Positions 8,892-19,300 of a DNA stretch of 64,000 nucleotides are shown here, piece after piece. Source of the DNA: Planctomycetota bacterium (lineage in GTDB: Bacteria > Planctomycetota > UBA8108 > SXIK01). Below the pieces are notes generated by a model that worked only from the letters and a program-made list of their open reading frames with translations, searched no databases and had not been told where the DNA came from. The stretch spans positions 640,001 to 704,000 of the forward strand of contig CBDCXR010000004.1 in the NCBI GenBank assembly GCA_965223845.1, given 5' to 3'. The first letter of the stretch is position 1. Every line of letters begins with the position of its first letter. The position numbers were made by a program, and so were the translations under genes.

Positions 8892-10952
8892 ATGCGGCTG
8901 TTGCTACTCTCAACGATGCTCGCGGTGTCCGGTTGGTTTTGTTCTTCGACGGTCGCGCAGAATCCTCCCGCCTGCACCGGCGGAGAGACCTACAGTTTCG
9001 AAGTGCAGACGAGCGTCGACGGCGGCGCAACGTGGCAGTCGGGCGACATCACGCTGTGCAATCACCCCGGCTACACGGTGGAGTTGGCGGTGCGGACGAG
9101 GATGACGATCACCTCCGGACAGACGGAGGCTTGGTCCTTCGGCCTTCGGCACGACGACACGTTCCTGCAGTGGTATTCCGGCAGCGCGACCATCGACGGT
9201 GTCACGACGAACGGTACGGATACGGCGACCGTTCAGAACGGTGCGCCACCGGACACCGATGAGACCGACATCATCACGTCGAGCACCGGGTTCACCCAAG
9301 GAGTCGTCGTGGATCTCGGCGGAGGCAACACGCTGGCTCCGACGGCCAATTTCGTTACCGCGAGCGCGTGCTACACGATCCTCGTCCCGCCGTGGGAGGG
9401 TCAGTATCCCCTTACGTTCAGCTTCGTGAACGACCTGGGAAGTCCGGCCACGCCGTGCATCGTGACTCAGGACGGCCAGAGCAACGCCGCCTGCGCGAAG
9501 AACGTCACGGTCAACATCAACGCCGACTACGACGTCGTGCCGTGCACGGTCTACCCTCCGGCGTGCACGTTGAGCAGCAATGAGAAGGGAGGCGGCGCCG
9601 GCCTTCCTCCGCCTCAGAATACGGCGGGAACCGATTTTCGTCGTGCCGACAGCAATCAAGACGGAACCGTCGACATCACCGATCCCATCGTGACCCTGGG
9701 ATTCCTTTTTCTCGGCAATCCCGCGCCGGGCTGTTTGGACGCAGCGGACTCGAACGACGACGAGGAGGTCGACCTCAGCGATCCCGTCCACACCCTGAGC
9801 CACCTCTTTCTCGGCGGTGACGCTCCTCCGGATCCCGGCACGTCCACTTGCGGCCCCGACCCGACCGACGAGACGACGATAGCCCTCGATTGTCAGGTCT
9901 ACAACGCCTGCGTCCAGACGGACACCGACAACGACGGCTTGACGGACTTCTTCGAGGGAGTGATCGGGACCAATCCGGCGAACGACGATACGGACGGGGA
10001 TAACTTCTCCGATGGAGAGGAGGTTCTTCCGACGGGAGTGCCCGGATGCAACGGTGGGGCGCTCAACATCAACACGCTCGGCGCCGATCCGACCGTGCCC
10101 GACATCTTCGTCGAGATCGACTTTATGGTCCAACCGGGGCCCGGAGGCCACAGCCATCAGCCGATGAATGCCGCTCTGACACTGGTCGTGAATGCGTTCG
10201 CGGCCCAAGGAATCGCGCTCCACCCGGACACGGGCGCCGCGCCGTTCAATCTCGGGGGAGGAAACTCTCTCGGGCACCAGGCCGTTATGGGGTTCGGACA
10301 AGGGAACCCCGACTTCGCGGCCACGAAGACGCAGAACTTCGACAACAACAACCGCTGCAACGTGTTCCACTACAATACGTGGGTCCACGACCACCGACCG
10401 AACAGCTCGTCCTCGGGTCGAGCGGAAATCGGCGGCGACGATCTCATCGTCAGTCTCGGCAGCTGGCCGAATCAAAACGGCACGCTGCTGCAGCAAGCGG
10501 GCACCTTCATGCACGAGCTCGGGCACAATCTGAATCTTCGTCATGGAGGAAACGAGAATCGCAATCGAAAACCGAACTACTCGAGCGTCATGAGCTACAA
10601 CTACCAGACCGTCGGTGTCGACACGAACTGCGATACCGTCGCCGACGGCGTCATCGATTATTCGGGTGTGGCGCTCGCCAATCTCGACGAGAACGCTCTC
10701 GACGAGTCGGTCGGAGTCTGCAACGGCGTGCCGATCGATTGGAATGGCGACGGCGACACGAACGACGTGAATCTGTCGCGGAACATCAATTGCCGAGACT
10801 TTGTGAATCAGACGAGCTGCGCCGATCAGACCTTGAATGTCCTCACCGGCTTCGATGACTGGGCGAACATTGTGTTGTTCATGAACAGCGATCAGGGCGG
10901 CGGCGCTGGGCAGGAAGAGGACGAAGAGTGTATGACGCTCAACGATTTGTGA
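8892..10952 (+). CDS. Secreted modular zinc metallopeptidase: cohesin-like domain + dockerin-like domain + TSP3-like Ca repeat + metzincin-like domain
   Basis: Signal peptide (VAQ); FRRADSNQDGTVDITD...AADSNDDEEVDLSD; DTDNDGLTD..E...GTNP; HELGHNLNLRH followed by Met-turn-like SVMSY. Confidence 0.8.
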   Translation: MRLLLLSTMLAVSGWFCSSTVAQNPPACTGGETYSFEVQTSVDGGATWQSGDITLCNHPGYTVELAVRTRMTITSGQTEAWSFGLRHDDTFLQWYSGSATIDGVTTNGTDTATVQNGAPPDTDETDIITSSTGFTQGVVVDLGGGNTLAPTANFVTASACYTILVPPWEGQYPLTFSFVNDLGSPATPCIVTQDGQSNAACAKNVTVNINADYDVVPCTVYPPACTLSSNEKGGGAGLPPPQNTAGTDFRRADSNQDGTVDITDPIVTLGFLFLGNPAPGCLDAADSNDDEEVDLSDPVHTLSHLFLGGDAPPDPGTSTCGPDPTDETTIALDCQVYNACVQTDTDNDGLTDFFEGVIGTNPANDDTDGDNFSDGEEVLPTGVPGCNGGALNINTLGADPTVPDIFVEIDFMVQPGPGGHSHQPMNAALTLVVNAFAAQGIALHPDTGAAPFNLGGGNSLGHQAVMGFGQGNPDFAATKTQNFDNNNRCNVFHYNTWVHDHRPNSSSSGRAEIGGDDLIVSLGSWPNQNGTLLQQAGTFMHELGHNLNLRHGGNENRNRKPNYSSVMSYNYQTVGVDTNCDTVADGVIDYSGVALANLDENALDESVGVCNGVPIDWNGDGDTNDVNLSRNINCRDFVNQTSCADQTLNVLTGFDDWANIVLFMNSDQGGGAGQEEDEECMTLNDL

Positions 10953-10956
10953 TGTC

Positions 10957-12459
10957 ATGGAGCCGAAGAGACCGGCGGACTTGGTCGTTTGGGTTCTTCT
11001 GCTCGCGGTAGCGATCGCCGGGGGAACGGCTCGAGTCGGCGCTCAAGACTCGGTGCCGTTCCTCGCGGACGAGTGGACGTTCGGCGGCGAAAACGCCGAC
11101 CGTGCGAACGCGCAGATCGTGGCGTCCGACGGGACGCTCGTAGCGGCGGGATTGACCTACACATCCGATGCTGACCACGCGGCGGACGTCTACCTGATTC
11201 GCACCCGTCCGGACGGAAGCTTGATCTGGGAGCTCGCGTTTGGCGGACCGTCCTTCGACGAGGGCGCGTCCGTCGTCGAGGCCCCGGACGGTACGTTCGT
11301 CGTCGCAGGCGTCACCGACCCGGGCGGGCCCTGTCCGCCGTCTTGCGAGCCCGAACCTTCGGATCTTTACCTCGCCTCCGTTCACCCGGACGGGCGAGTG
11401 CTCTGGGAGCGGACCTTCGGTGGCTCCGCATCGGATGCCGCCTCGGATCTCGTCTGCGCGCGAGACGGTGGATTCGTCGCGGCCGGCTCCACCCGTTCAT
11501 CGGGATCCGGGCAGAGCGACGTCTACGTGGTGCGTACCGATGCCCTCGGAATGTCGCTCTGGGAGCGCGCCGTGGGCGGCGAAGGAAACGACGTCGCGCA
11601 CGCCGTCTGCGAAGCGCCCGGCGGAGGATTCGTCGTCGTCGGCGAGACGTCTTCGCTCAGCGATTCCCGGGACGTCTACCTCGTTCACGTCGACGCTCAC
11701 GGGGACACGGTGTGGGAGCGAGCGATCGGCGGGCCCGACGCGGAACAGGGCGTCGACCTCCAGCCCGCCGAGGACGGCGGATGGGTCCTCGCGGCGCGAC
11801 TCTTCCGCGGCCCTGAGGACGGCGGCATTTATCTCGTCGCGGTAGATCGAGATGGCCGCCCGCGGTGGGAGGAGCTCGTCCGGGATCCCGCCGGGCCGGT
11901 TCGCAACTTTCCCGCGGCGCTCGTCGAGGCTCCTGGCGGTGGCTGGATCATCGCCGGTCACACGGACACGTCGACGACCGCCGCGGATGCGTTCCTCCTA
12001 GGCGTGGACCCCCGCGGCCGGCGAGTCTGGGAGAAGGCATTCGGAAACGTCGATCAGTTCGACGTTTTGCGGGCGATCGCGCTCAGCTCGGACGGTGAGC
12101 TCCGTGTGGCCGGAAGCACGGGTGCCGTGAAGTCTCGGTCGCTCTCCGATGACTCCGACGTCTATCTCGCTCGACTCTCGCGGCGGGAGATCGCCGACGG
12201 GGTGTTCGTTCGCGGCGACGCGAACGACGACGGCGAGCTCAACCTGCCGGACGCGGTCTTCACGCTCGCCCATCTCTTTCTCGGAGGCCCGCCTCCCGAT
12301 TGCTGGGACTCGGCCGACTCGAACGACGACGGGGCGATCACGCTCAGCGATCCGATCTACCTGTTGAATCGTCTCTTCGCCGATGGGCGTCCGCTGCCGC
12401 CGCCGTATCCGGCTCCCGGGGAGGACCCGACGGCGGACGGCCTCGACTGCGCGAGGTAG
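10957..12459 (+). CDS. Secreted beta-propeller repeat protein with C-terminal dockerin-like domain
   Basis: Repeated D-V-Y-L-x-x-x-D-x-x-G-x-x-x-W-E-R-x-x-G-G blades; FVRGDANDDGELNLPD...SADSNDDGAITLSD at 12205-12456. Confidence 0.8.
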   Translation: MEPKRPADLVVWVLLLAVAIAGGTARVGAQDSVPFLADEWTFGGENADRANAQIVASDGTLVAAGLTYTSDADHAADVYLIRTRPDGSLIWELAFGGPSFDEGASVVEAPDGTFVVAGVTDPGGPCPPSCEPEPSDLYLASVHPDGRVLWERTFGGSASDAASDLVCARDGGFVAAGSTRSSGSGQSDVYVVRTDALGMSLWERAVGGEGNDVAHAVCEAPGGGFVVVGETSSLSDSRDVYLVHVDAHGDTVWERAIGGPDAEQGVDLQPAEDGGWVLAARLFRGPEDGGIYLVAVDRDGRPRWEELVRDPAGPVRNFPAALVEAPGGGWIIAGHTDTSTTAADAFLLGVDPRGRRVWEKAFGNVDQFDVLRAIALSSDGELRVAGSTGAVKSRSLSDDSDVYLARLSRREIADGVFVRGDANDDGELNLPDAVFTLAHLFLGGPPPDCWDSADSNDDGAITLSDPIYLLNRLFADGRPLPPPYPAPGEDPTADGLDCAR

Positions 12460-12472
12460 ATCACGGCCGGAT

Positions 12473-13966
12473 TCACTCGGCGGGGCTCGAGCTCGCCTCC
12501 GGCGATTCGGGCGACACCGTCGGCGATCCCGAATCCGCGCTGCCGTTCCCCGGCTTCAGATTCCCACCTCCGCGGGAGAGTGGATTGAACATCTCGACTC
12601 CGGAAACCTCGTAGACCGGAGCGTCGACGTCCTCGTAGCCCTCGGGGACCTCGACGACCGTGCCGCCGCCCGCGAGGAACTGCCGGATCAGGTGGGTGAG
12701 GGCGACGGTGTCGTAGTAGCCGAACCCGTAGAAGCGGACTCGACCCTCCTCGTTGACGAAGTAGATCCCGGGAATGCCCTCGAGATACACGTCCTTGAAG
12801 TGAGTCGGTTCGAGGAGGCCGACGCGAAACCCAGAGTGACCGCTCTTTGCGAGAGCGTCCTTCACGTACTGCGCGCGACCGTCCTCGATGTGGTTCTCCC
12901 AGGCGAGAACGAGAAACTCGAGATTCTTCTCCTCTGCGAACTCCTTCCGCGCGGCGGCGAGACCATCGAGCACTTTCGCGCCCGTCACGGACCAGCTGCC
13001 CCAGAACAGCACGACGAGCTTCTTCCCGGCGAAGTTCGCGATCCGAAGAGGACGGTTGTCGAGGTCGAGCACGCGCAGGCTGAACTCCCAGGAGCCGGAC
13101 CCGATCAGGTAGGAGCGGAGGCGGCGGAGCTCCTGCGCGAGCGAGACGCGATCGGGTCGGTCGGAGAGAATCGGAAGCGGGCCTCCGCGCCCGGCATCTT
13201 GGACTCCGCGCGCATGGAGTGTCCGCTTGATCTCGGCGAGGGCGGCCCTGAATCGCGCGTCCGACGCGTACGGCTCGAGGGCCTTGCTGGCCGCGAACAG
13301 CGCGGCGTTGTCGACTCCCGCGTCGGCGGCGGCTTCGAGCGTGCCGAGAACGCCCTCGCGGTCTTCGAGCGCCGCGAACGCCTCCGCGAGCAGGCGACGT
13401 CCCTGCGGAAACGCGCGGTCGGCGTCGATGTGAGCCGCGAGACGATCGGCGCACTCGCGGTGTTTCCCGGCGGCGTGGAGCGTGCGCCCGAGCTCGTAAA
13501 CGAGTGCGTCGCTCTGCGGGGACGAGTCGAGCGCGAGCTCGATCGCGACGAGCGCCTCGTCGAAGCGTTCGTCCTCGCGACAGATCTTGGCCTTCAGAGC
13601 GATTGCGGCGAGGTGCGCGGGGGCGTCGGAGAGGAGAGCGTCGAGATGCCCTTCGGCCTCGGAGGAGTTTCCGGCCGAGAGCGCTGCGCGAGCACGCGCG
13701 AGAAGCGACTGCTGCTCGCGGATCGCAGCCATCCGCTCGGCGATCGACGGGCCCTTCGACGCGGAAGTCGCGGGCGAGTCGGCGGCCTCTTTCGGCCGGG
13801 GCGCGGTCGCCGGGAGATCCGTGTCGCTCGCGCCGGATCCCGGCGGCGACGCGGTGGAGGCGACGGGTGGAGGCGAGGTCGTAGCGTCCGCGTCGGTCGG
13901 CGGCGCCGACGGTTCACACGCGAGGAGCGCGAGCGCGCTGGTGACGAGAAGATAGGATCGATTCAT
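12473..13966 (-). CDS. Lipoprotein with TPR repeats and a thioredoxin/TlpA-like fold lacking CxxC
   Basis: Start reassigned to ATG 13966 (MNRSYLL..LLAC lipobox); Pro/Ala/Ser linker; TPR-like helices; FAGKKLVVLFWGSWS and GIPGIYFVNEEGRVRF. Confidence 0.72.
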   Translation of the reverse strand: MNRSYLLVTSALALLACEPSAPPTDADATTSPPPVASTASPPGSGASDTDLPATAPRPKEAADSPATSASKGPSIAERMAAIREQQSLLARARAALSAGNSSEAEGHLDALLSDAPAHLAAIALKAKICREDERFDEALVAIELALDSSPQSDALVYELGRTLHAAGKHRECADRLAAHIDADRAFPQGRRLLAEAFAALEDREGVLGTLEAAADAGVDNAALFAASKALEPYASDARFRAALAEIKRTLHARGVQDAGRGGPLPILSDRPDRVSLAQELRRLRSYLIGSGSWEFSLRVLDLDNRPLRIANFAGKKLVVLFWGSWSVTGAKVLDGLAAARKEFAEEKNLEFLVLAWENHIEDGRAQYVKDALAKSGHSGFRVGLLEPTHFKDVYLEGIPGIYFVNEEGRVRFYGFGYYDTVALTHLIRQFLAGGGTVVEVPEGYEDVDAPVYEVSGVEMFNPLSRGGGNLKPGNGSADSGSPTVSPESPEASSSPAE

Positions 13967-14168
13967 GACGCTGTACGGACTCAGGACGTTTGTACGACGC
14001 GAAGAACAGCTCCCGGCGATCGATAGGAGCCGGCTACGGGGATTCGGATTCGAGAGCAAGTCGCGTGCCTGAATCGGGACCGCCCTGGCCGCTCCCCGAG
14101 GGGACCGCTCGGGTCGGCACGGCGACGACGCATTCTAAACGAGAGTGCGCGTGAACGCCGGCGGCGGC

Positions 14169-14218
14169 AAAAGAAAACCCGCCGAGCGGGCCGCGCAAAC
14201 GGGCCACTCGGCGGGTTC
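14169..14218 (-). terminator. Probable intrinsic terminator of the 14253-15686 gene
   Basis: Stem AACCCGCCGAG / CTCGGCGGGTT followed on the minus strand by a T-rich run, just downstream of the stop codon. Confidence 0.7.
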
Positions 14219-14252
14219 TCGCCGCACCGATCAGCGATCGGAGGGGGCGATC

Positions 14253-15686
14253 TCAGCAGCCGCTGAAGCTCTCGCAGGTCAGACCGCCGTCGACCGCCGG
14301 AACCGTACCGCAATCGGGGAACGGAGCGGACGGAGCCGCACCACCCTCGAAGAGGTACATGAGGAGGTGCATGATGTCCGGCATGTCGACCATGCCGTCG
14401 TCGTTGGCGTCCGCGGATTCCTGGCACGGCGAAGCCGTCCCCTGACGGAAGACTTCCTCGACGATCCAAATCGGGTCGGAGATGTTGATCCGGCCGTCGT
14501 CGTTCGCGTCGCCGCGGACGAAGGGGCCGAGGTTGTTCCCGCCGCCGCCTTCGATCGTGACCTGAGCCGACGCGGTCGAGATGTTGCAAACCTCGACGCT
14601 CCGACCTTCGACCGTGATCACGTTCTCGACCGGCTGACCTTCGCCGATCAGGCCGTCGATGTAGGCGAGGGTCGAAGACTGACCCGCCGTACCTTCGAGC
14701 GTCATTGCGATCATCGACTCGGTGCCCACCGGCGCGAGCGTGTTCGGACAACCGAAGCAGAGGACGACGGCGCTGACGGCGCCGTGCTTCCCGTTGTTGT
14801 CTTCGGCGGTCGCGAGGCGAGTCTTGTTGAAGCCGCTGTCGAAGCGAGTCTCACCCGAGGTGCCGTCGGTCGTGACCGCGGTGATCATGACGTCGCCCTG
14901 GCTCTCGATACTGAGCGACCAGCCCTGGACGCCGGGATTGTCGGCGTCGTTCGTCGCGGCGCTCGCGTAGATCTTGTCGCCCGAAGCGATCGTGACCGCA
15001 CCGGCCGCGGAGCAGTCGGCGGAGTCGTCGATGAGGCCTTCGCCGGGGTTCTCGTTGACGAGCGCCGCCGTCGAGAAGCCGACGCGGTGCGTCGCGTCGC
15101 AGCAGCCGGGGCCACCGCCGCCCGCCACGTTGAGTGCGACGGAGAGCTCTTCGGTGTTGAACGGCGCGCTCAGCCCGTTTTCGGTGATGACGAGCTCGAC
15201 CGGCTGGCCGTCGCCGACGAGTCCTTCTTCGTACTTGAGCGTTCCGGTGCCGTTCGCATCCGGGATCGTCCACTCGACGCCGAGCGCGAGGGCGGACGCC
15301 GTCATGTTGCGCGGAAGAACGTTCGGGCAGCCGAAGCAAAGGACGACCGCGCTCACCGCGCCTTCCTTGCCGTTGTTGTCTTCGGCGAGCGCGAGGCGAG
15401 TCTTGTTGAAGCCACTGTTGAAGACCGCTTCGGTATCCGTGCCGTCCGTGGTGATCGAGGTGATCTTCCCGCCTTCGGCGGTCATGCCGAGCGACCAGCC
15501 CTGGCAGCCCGCTCCGTCACCCGCGTGAGTGACGTCCGCGGTGTAGTTTCCGGAGACCGTCGCTCCGGCGTCACCCTCGAACGCGTCGGGTCCACTGAAG
15601 CCGATCGTGTAGTCCTGCGCCGACGCGGCGGAGGCCGTCAAGAGAGCTGCACAGATGGCCAAGGCTTGGCGCTGCACTCGCTTCAT
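14253..15686 (-). CDS. Secreted protein with two tandem cohesin-like beta-sandwich repeats and a C-terminal dockerin-like domain
   Basis: Signal peptide (ASAQ); duplicated QGWSL...TTDGT...GFNKTRLA-x-AEDNNGK-x-GAVSAVVLCFGCPN-x-L; FVRGDANDDGRINISD...SADANDDGMVDMPD; purine-rich RBS upstream. Confidence 0.8.
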   Translation of the reverse strand: MKRVQRQALAICAALLTASAASAQDYTIGFSGPDAFEGDAGATVSGNYTADVTHAGDGAGCQGWSLGMTAEGGKITSITTDGTDTEAVFNSGFNKTRLALAEDNNGKEGAVSAVVLCFGCPNVLPRNMTASALALGVEWTIPDANGTGTLKYEEGLVGDGQPVELVITENGLSAPFNTEELSVALNVAGGGGPGCCDATHRVGFSTAALVNENPGEGLIDDSADCSAAGAVTIASGDKIYASAATNDADNPGVQGWSLSIESQGDVMITAVTTDGTSGETRFDSGFNKTRLATAEDNNGKHGAVSAVVLCFGCPNTLAPVGTESMIAMTLEGTAGQSSTLAYIDGLIGEGQPVENVITVEGRSVEVCNISTASAQVTIEGGGGNNLGPFVRGDANDDGRINISDPIWIVEEVFRQGTASPCQESADANDDGMVDMPDIMHLLMYLFEGGAAPSAPFPDCGTVPAVDGGLTCESFSGC

Positions 15687-16030
15687 TTCTACCTCTCCTC
15701 AAAAGAAGTGATTCGCACTGGTTTGGTGGCGATCGAGGTTCACACGCGTGATTTCGCTGTCGGCGAATGGTTCGCTCAGCGAGTTGGACGTGTTTTTCTC
15801 GATACGAGCACGTTCACTAGCGCGGACCGGGGTTTTCCTCGGTGCGCGGGTTCGCGCAATCCTCGATCTTTCTTGTACTGAATTCGCTTCGACGGCCGCT
15901 CGAACTCGAGCGTGCTCCCCTCGCCACGAACGCCGAACGGAACGGACTTACGTCACCCGTTCTGCGGCCGCTGCTAGGAGGAACCGTGCTCACGAACGTC
16001 CTGTCTCAATTCGAGACCCTTGGGTTAGCA

Positions 16031-16060
16031 ACTGTACTGCTCGACGTCCGATGTTGTCAA
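16031..16060 (-). promoter_or_regulatory. Candidate sigma-70-type promoter for the 14253-15686 gene
   Basis: Minus strand TTGACA-N18-TACAGT, about 345 nt upstream of the start codon. Confidence 0.5.
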
Positions 16061-16269
16061 TCTTTCCGCTCAGTTCCTAACGAACAAAACAAGGGGCGAA
16101 CACGAGCGCCGTTTCGAATCCGTTGAACGTCACCCGTTCGTCCGAATTCGCGCGTCGCTCCCGCTCTTAGCCGGCGGCGTTCCGTTGAGCCGTTCGGTCC
16201 ACAGCGGGAGCGCTCGACCCCCTGGTCGAGTCTCGCGACGGAGCAGCCGAACGAATGGGTCAGCCGACA

Positions 16270-16310
16270 TAAAAAGCGGGCCCGAATCTCGCTCGAGATT
16301 CGGGCCCGCT
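16270..16310 (-). terminator. Intrinsic terminator of the 16375-20385 gene
   Basis: Perfect 17-bp inverted repeat AGCGGGCCCGAATCTCG / CGAGATTCGGGCCCGCT with a T run on the minus strand. Confidence 0.85.
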
Positions 16311-16374
16311 CGACGGTACCCGTTTGACGAGGCGCCGACCGAAATCAGCGCCGCGTCACGGTGTCAGTGACGAA

Positions 16375-19300
16375 TCACGGACACGCGCCGACACCGAGCT
16401 CGTCGTAGCTCGGGCAGTCGCCCGGGATCTGGACGCAGTTGAACGCATTCGCGACGTCCGCGAGCACGTGAGCCACGTTACCGGGCAGCTGCGACGCGAA
16501 GAGCCAGTTCAGGCCTCCCGCCGCGTCGGCGATGTTGACGTCGCCGTCACCGTTCCAGTCCGCCAGCGCAAGACCGGCTTCCGTGTAGGTGATGATGCCC
16601 TGGTCGTCCTTCGTGGCGACGCACTCGTTGATCTCCTGCTGTGCGAACAACGCGTTGAGCAGGAAGACCATGTCGGACACGTCGAGCTGAGCGCTCAGGT
16701 TGAGGTCACCCGGAATCAGGTTCGTGCCACCCGAGACGCAGGTGAACGAGCACGACGCCGTCGCCGTGTCGCCGCAGCCGCCGTCGGCGGTCGAGACGCT
16801 CACGGTGACCTCGCCGGTCTCCGCACCTTCGGGGATCTCGCACTGAACCATGATCGTCGCGCCCGTGGCGTCGCCCACGATCGACCCGCCTTCGACGGAC
16901 CACTCGTAGGTGACCGCGCCGTCGGCGCCGCCGACCGCGGCCGTGAGCTCGACGAGGCTGCTATCGGCCGCCTCCGAGGGACAACCCTCGATCGCGACCG
17001 AGTCCACCGCCTCGGTGCAAACCGAAGCGAGGCGGACGTTGTCGACCTCTTGGTGAGCCGTGGCACCACCGGTCGCACCGTTGAACCCGAGCACGAGGTC
17101 ACCCGCGGGGAGCGGAGCGATATGCGTGCTGAGGACGTGCATCCGGTCCGTGCTGCCGTCGTTGGCCGTCACGTACGCGTCGACCTGACCGCTCGGGAGG
17201 TACGTCACTTCGACGTGGACACCCTCGGGCGCGAAGATGCTCGGGAGAGCGTCGGTCGGAACGCCGAAGCGGACGTTGTCCTGAATCGACAGGACGCTTC
17301 CGTTGACGTTCACACCGAGGTGCCAGTTGCAATCGAAGCCCGGCGAACCGGCGTCGCCCGGGTCGTTGCCGCCGACCCAGTTGTCCATCTCGATACCGAA
17401 GCTCGGGAAGCACTCGGCTCGCTGGACGACCGCGCCGCTATCGTAGGCGAGGCCTCCGCCGCCGCCACCGAGGAGCGTCGGAAGGTCGAGACCACCGGGG
17501 AACGGCGCGAGCGCAGACGCGAGGCCGTCCTCGGCACCGGTCGCGATGACCGTGAACTGGAAGCCGTCGGCCGGGTTCGGATCAGCCGCCGGATCGCAGC
17601 CGCCGTCACCCTTCGACATGTAGGCGTCGAACTCGACCGAGAAGCCCTCCGCGATCAGCGCAGCGCCGGCATCACCGGACGCCGGAACGCCGTAGTAGAC
17701 CGCGTGGGCCTGACCACCCGTCCCGTCTTCGGTGACGCGGAGTCGTCCGTCGACAGCCGCCGGCGAGAAGTTGTTGGTGTCGTTGTCGACCACGATTCCG
17801 AGGTCGCTGTCGTCGTCGTACGTAAGGAGCGCAAGCTCGGTGTCACCGGCTCCCGTTCCGAGCGTCTCGACGTCGTCCGACTGGATGTCCATCGAGTAGA
17901 CGACTGTGGTTTGGTTGCCGGAGTGCGCCGTGAGGCTCATGCCGACAAGAACTTCGTCGGGCATCAACCCGGCGTGGTCATCCGAACCGACGAAACAATA
18001 GCCGCCGTCGGGATTCCCCTCGCCGTCGTCGAACGCCATGTAGACCGAGATGACCTGGCCGCGCCGGATCATCATCATGTGCTCGGGACGCCGCGTGATG
18101 CGGTCCGCCGGGTTGCCGAAGCCACCGTCGGGGGTGTTCCGGAGCGCGCCGTCATCGACGACGTACACATTGTCCTGGCTGCCGCGACCCTGATCGCGCC
18201 GGTGGAAACCGTTCACGCGTCGCTGGAGACGCGGGAGGTCGATCGGCTCGTTCGAGGAGGCGACGTTGGTCTGGCACTGGGTGTAGCGGGCGTCGGTGTC
18301 GGTCGAGTACCGAGCCATGATGCCGTGCTTACCCCAGCGGCTTCCGGCGACCGGGTCGACGCGGCTCTTGATGTGCGCGCGCGCCGTGAAGTCTCCCGTC
18401 ACCTTCTTGTAGGCGAAGTGGAAGCTGTCGCCGTCCTGCCAGATATCGCTGCCGTTTCCGACCTGCGTGTAGTCGGTGCCGTCGAAGGCGAGGTCCGGGT
18501 TGTTGGCGTTCCCGGTGTCGTGGGCCTGATCGAAGATACCGACCGGACCGGAACCCTTGAGGACCGTCTCCTTGTTGCCCGCGCCGCGGCGGGTGTTCGA
18601 CGAAGCGAAGCCCATGTTCCGCGTGCCACCGACGCCATCGGCGTAGCCGAAGACGCTCCAGACGTCCGGACCACCACCGAGCTGGTAGCTGACACCACCA
18701 TTCAGATCCTCACGGGAGACGTTTTCCCAGGTGATCGTATTGCCGGTGAAGATCGTGAACACCGAGTCGTCGGCGAAGTTCGGGACGGGGAAGCAGGTGA
18801 TGCCTTCCGTGATCGGAGTGTCGTCGGAGTTTTGGAAACGGAAACGGAAACCGTGTCCGCCACCACCCTCGAACACCTTGATCATGACCTTGTGGTAGCC
18901 AGCGGACAGGTCACCGATGTCGAACTGATCTTGCACGGAGTTCGCACCGCCGAATCCACGCGGGACGCTGCGGGAAAACACCGAGACGCCGTCGATGATG
19001 ACCTGAACGCTGTCGTCGCTCGCGACACCACCACGGACTCCCGTGAGATCATTCTCGAACTTGACGTACGTCACCGAGTACATCATGACGTTGTTGATGT
19101 CGCCACAGTAGACGTCGGCGTTGTAGTCGATCGTGTCGTTCGCATCGAACACGGCCGTCCAGCGTCCATCGGGGCCGAGACAGCTTCCGACGAAACCCGT
19201 CGAAGCGGCGACCCCGAAGTCGATGTTCTCCACATCGCCATCCTGCGGCTCGACGTCGAGTTCGTTGTTGTCACCGGCCAGGTAGTCCATCTCGATGTCG

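Noticed and set aside
8910-10958. 682-aa minus-strand ORF opposite the protease (likewise 14145-15881 +, 12383-14026 +, 24944-26602 +)
   Set aside because: Antisense shadows in GC-rich DNA, fully overlapping well-supported genes.
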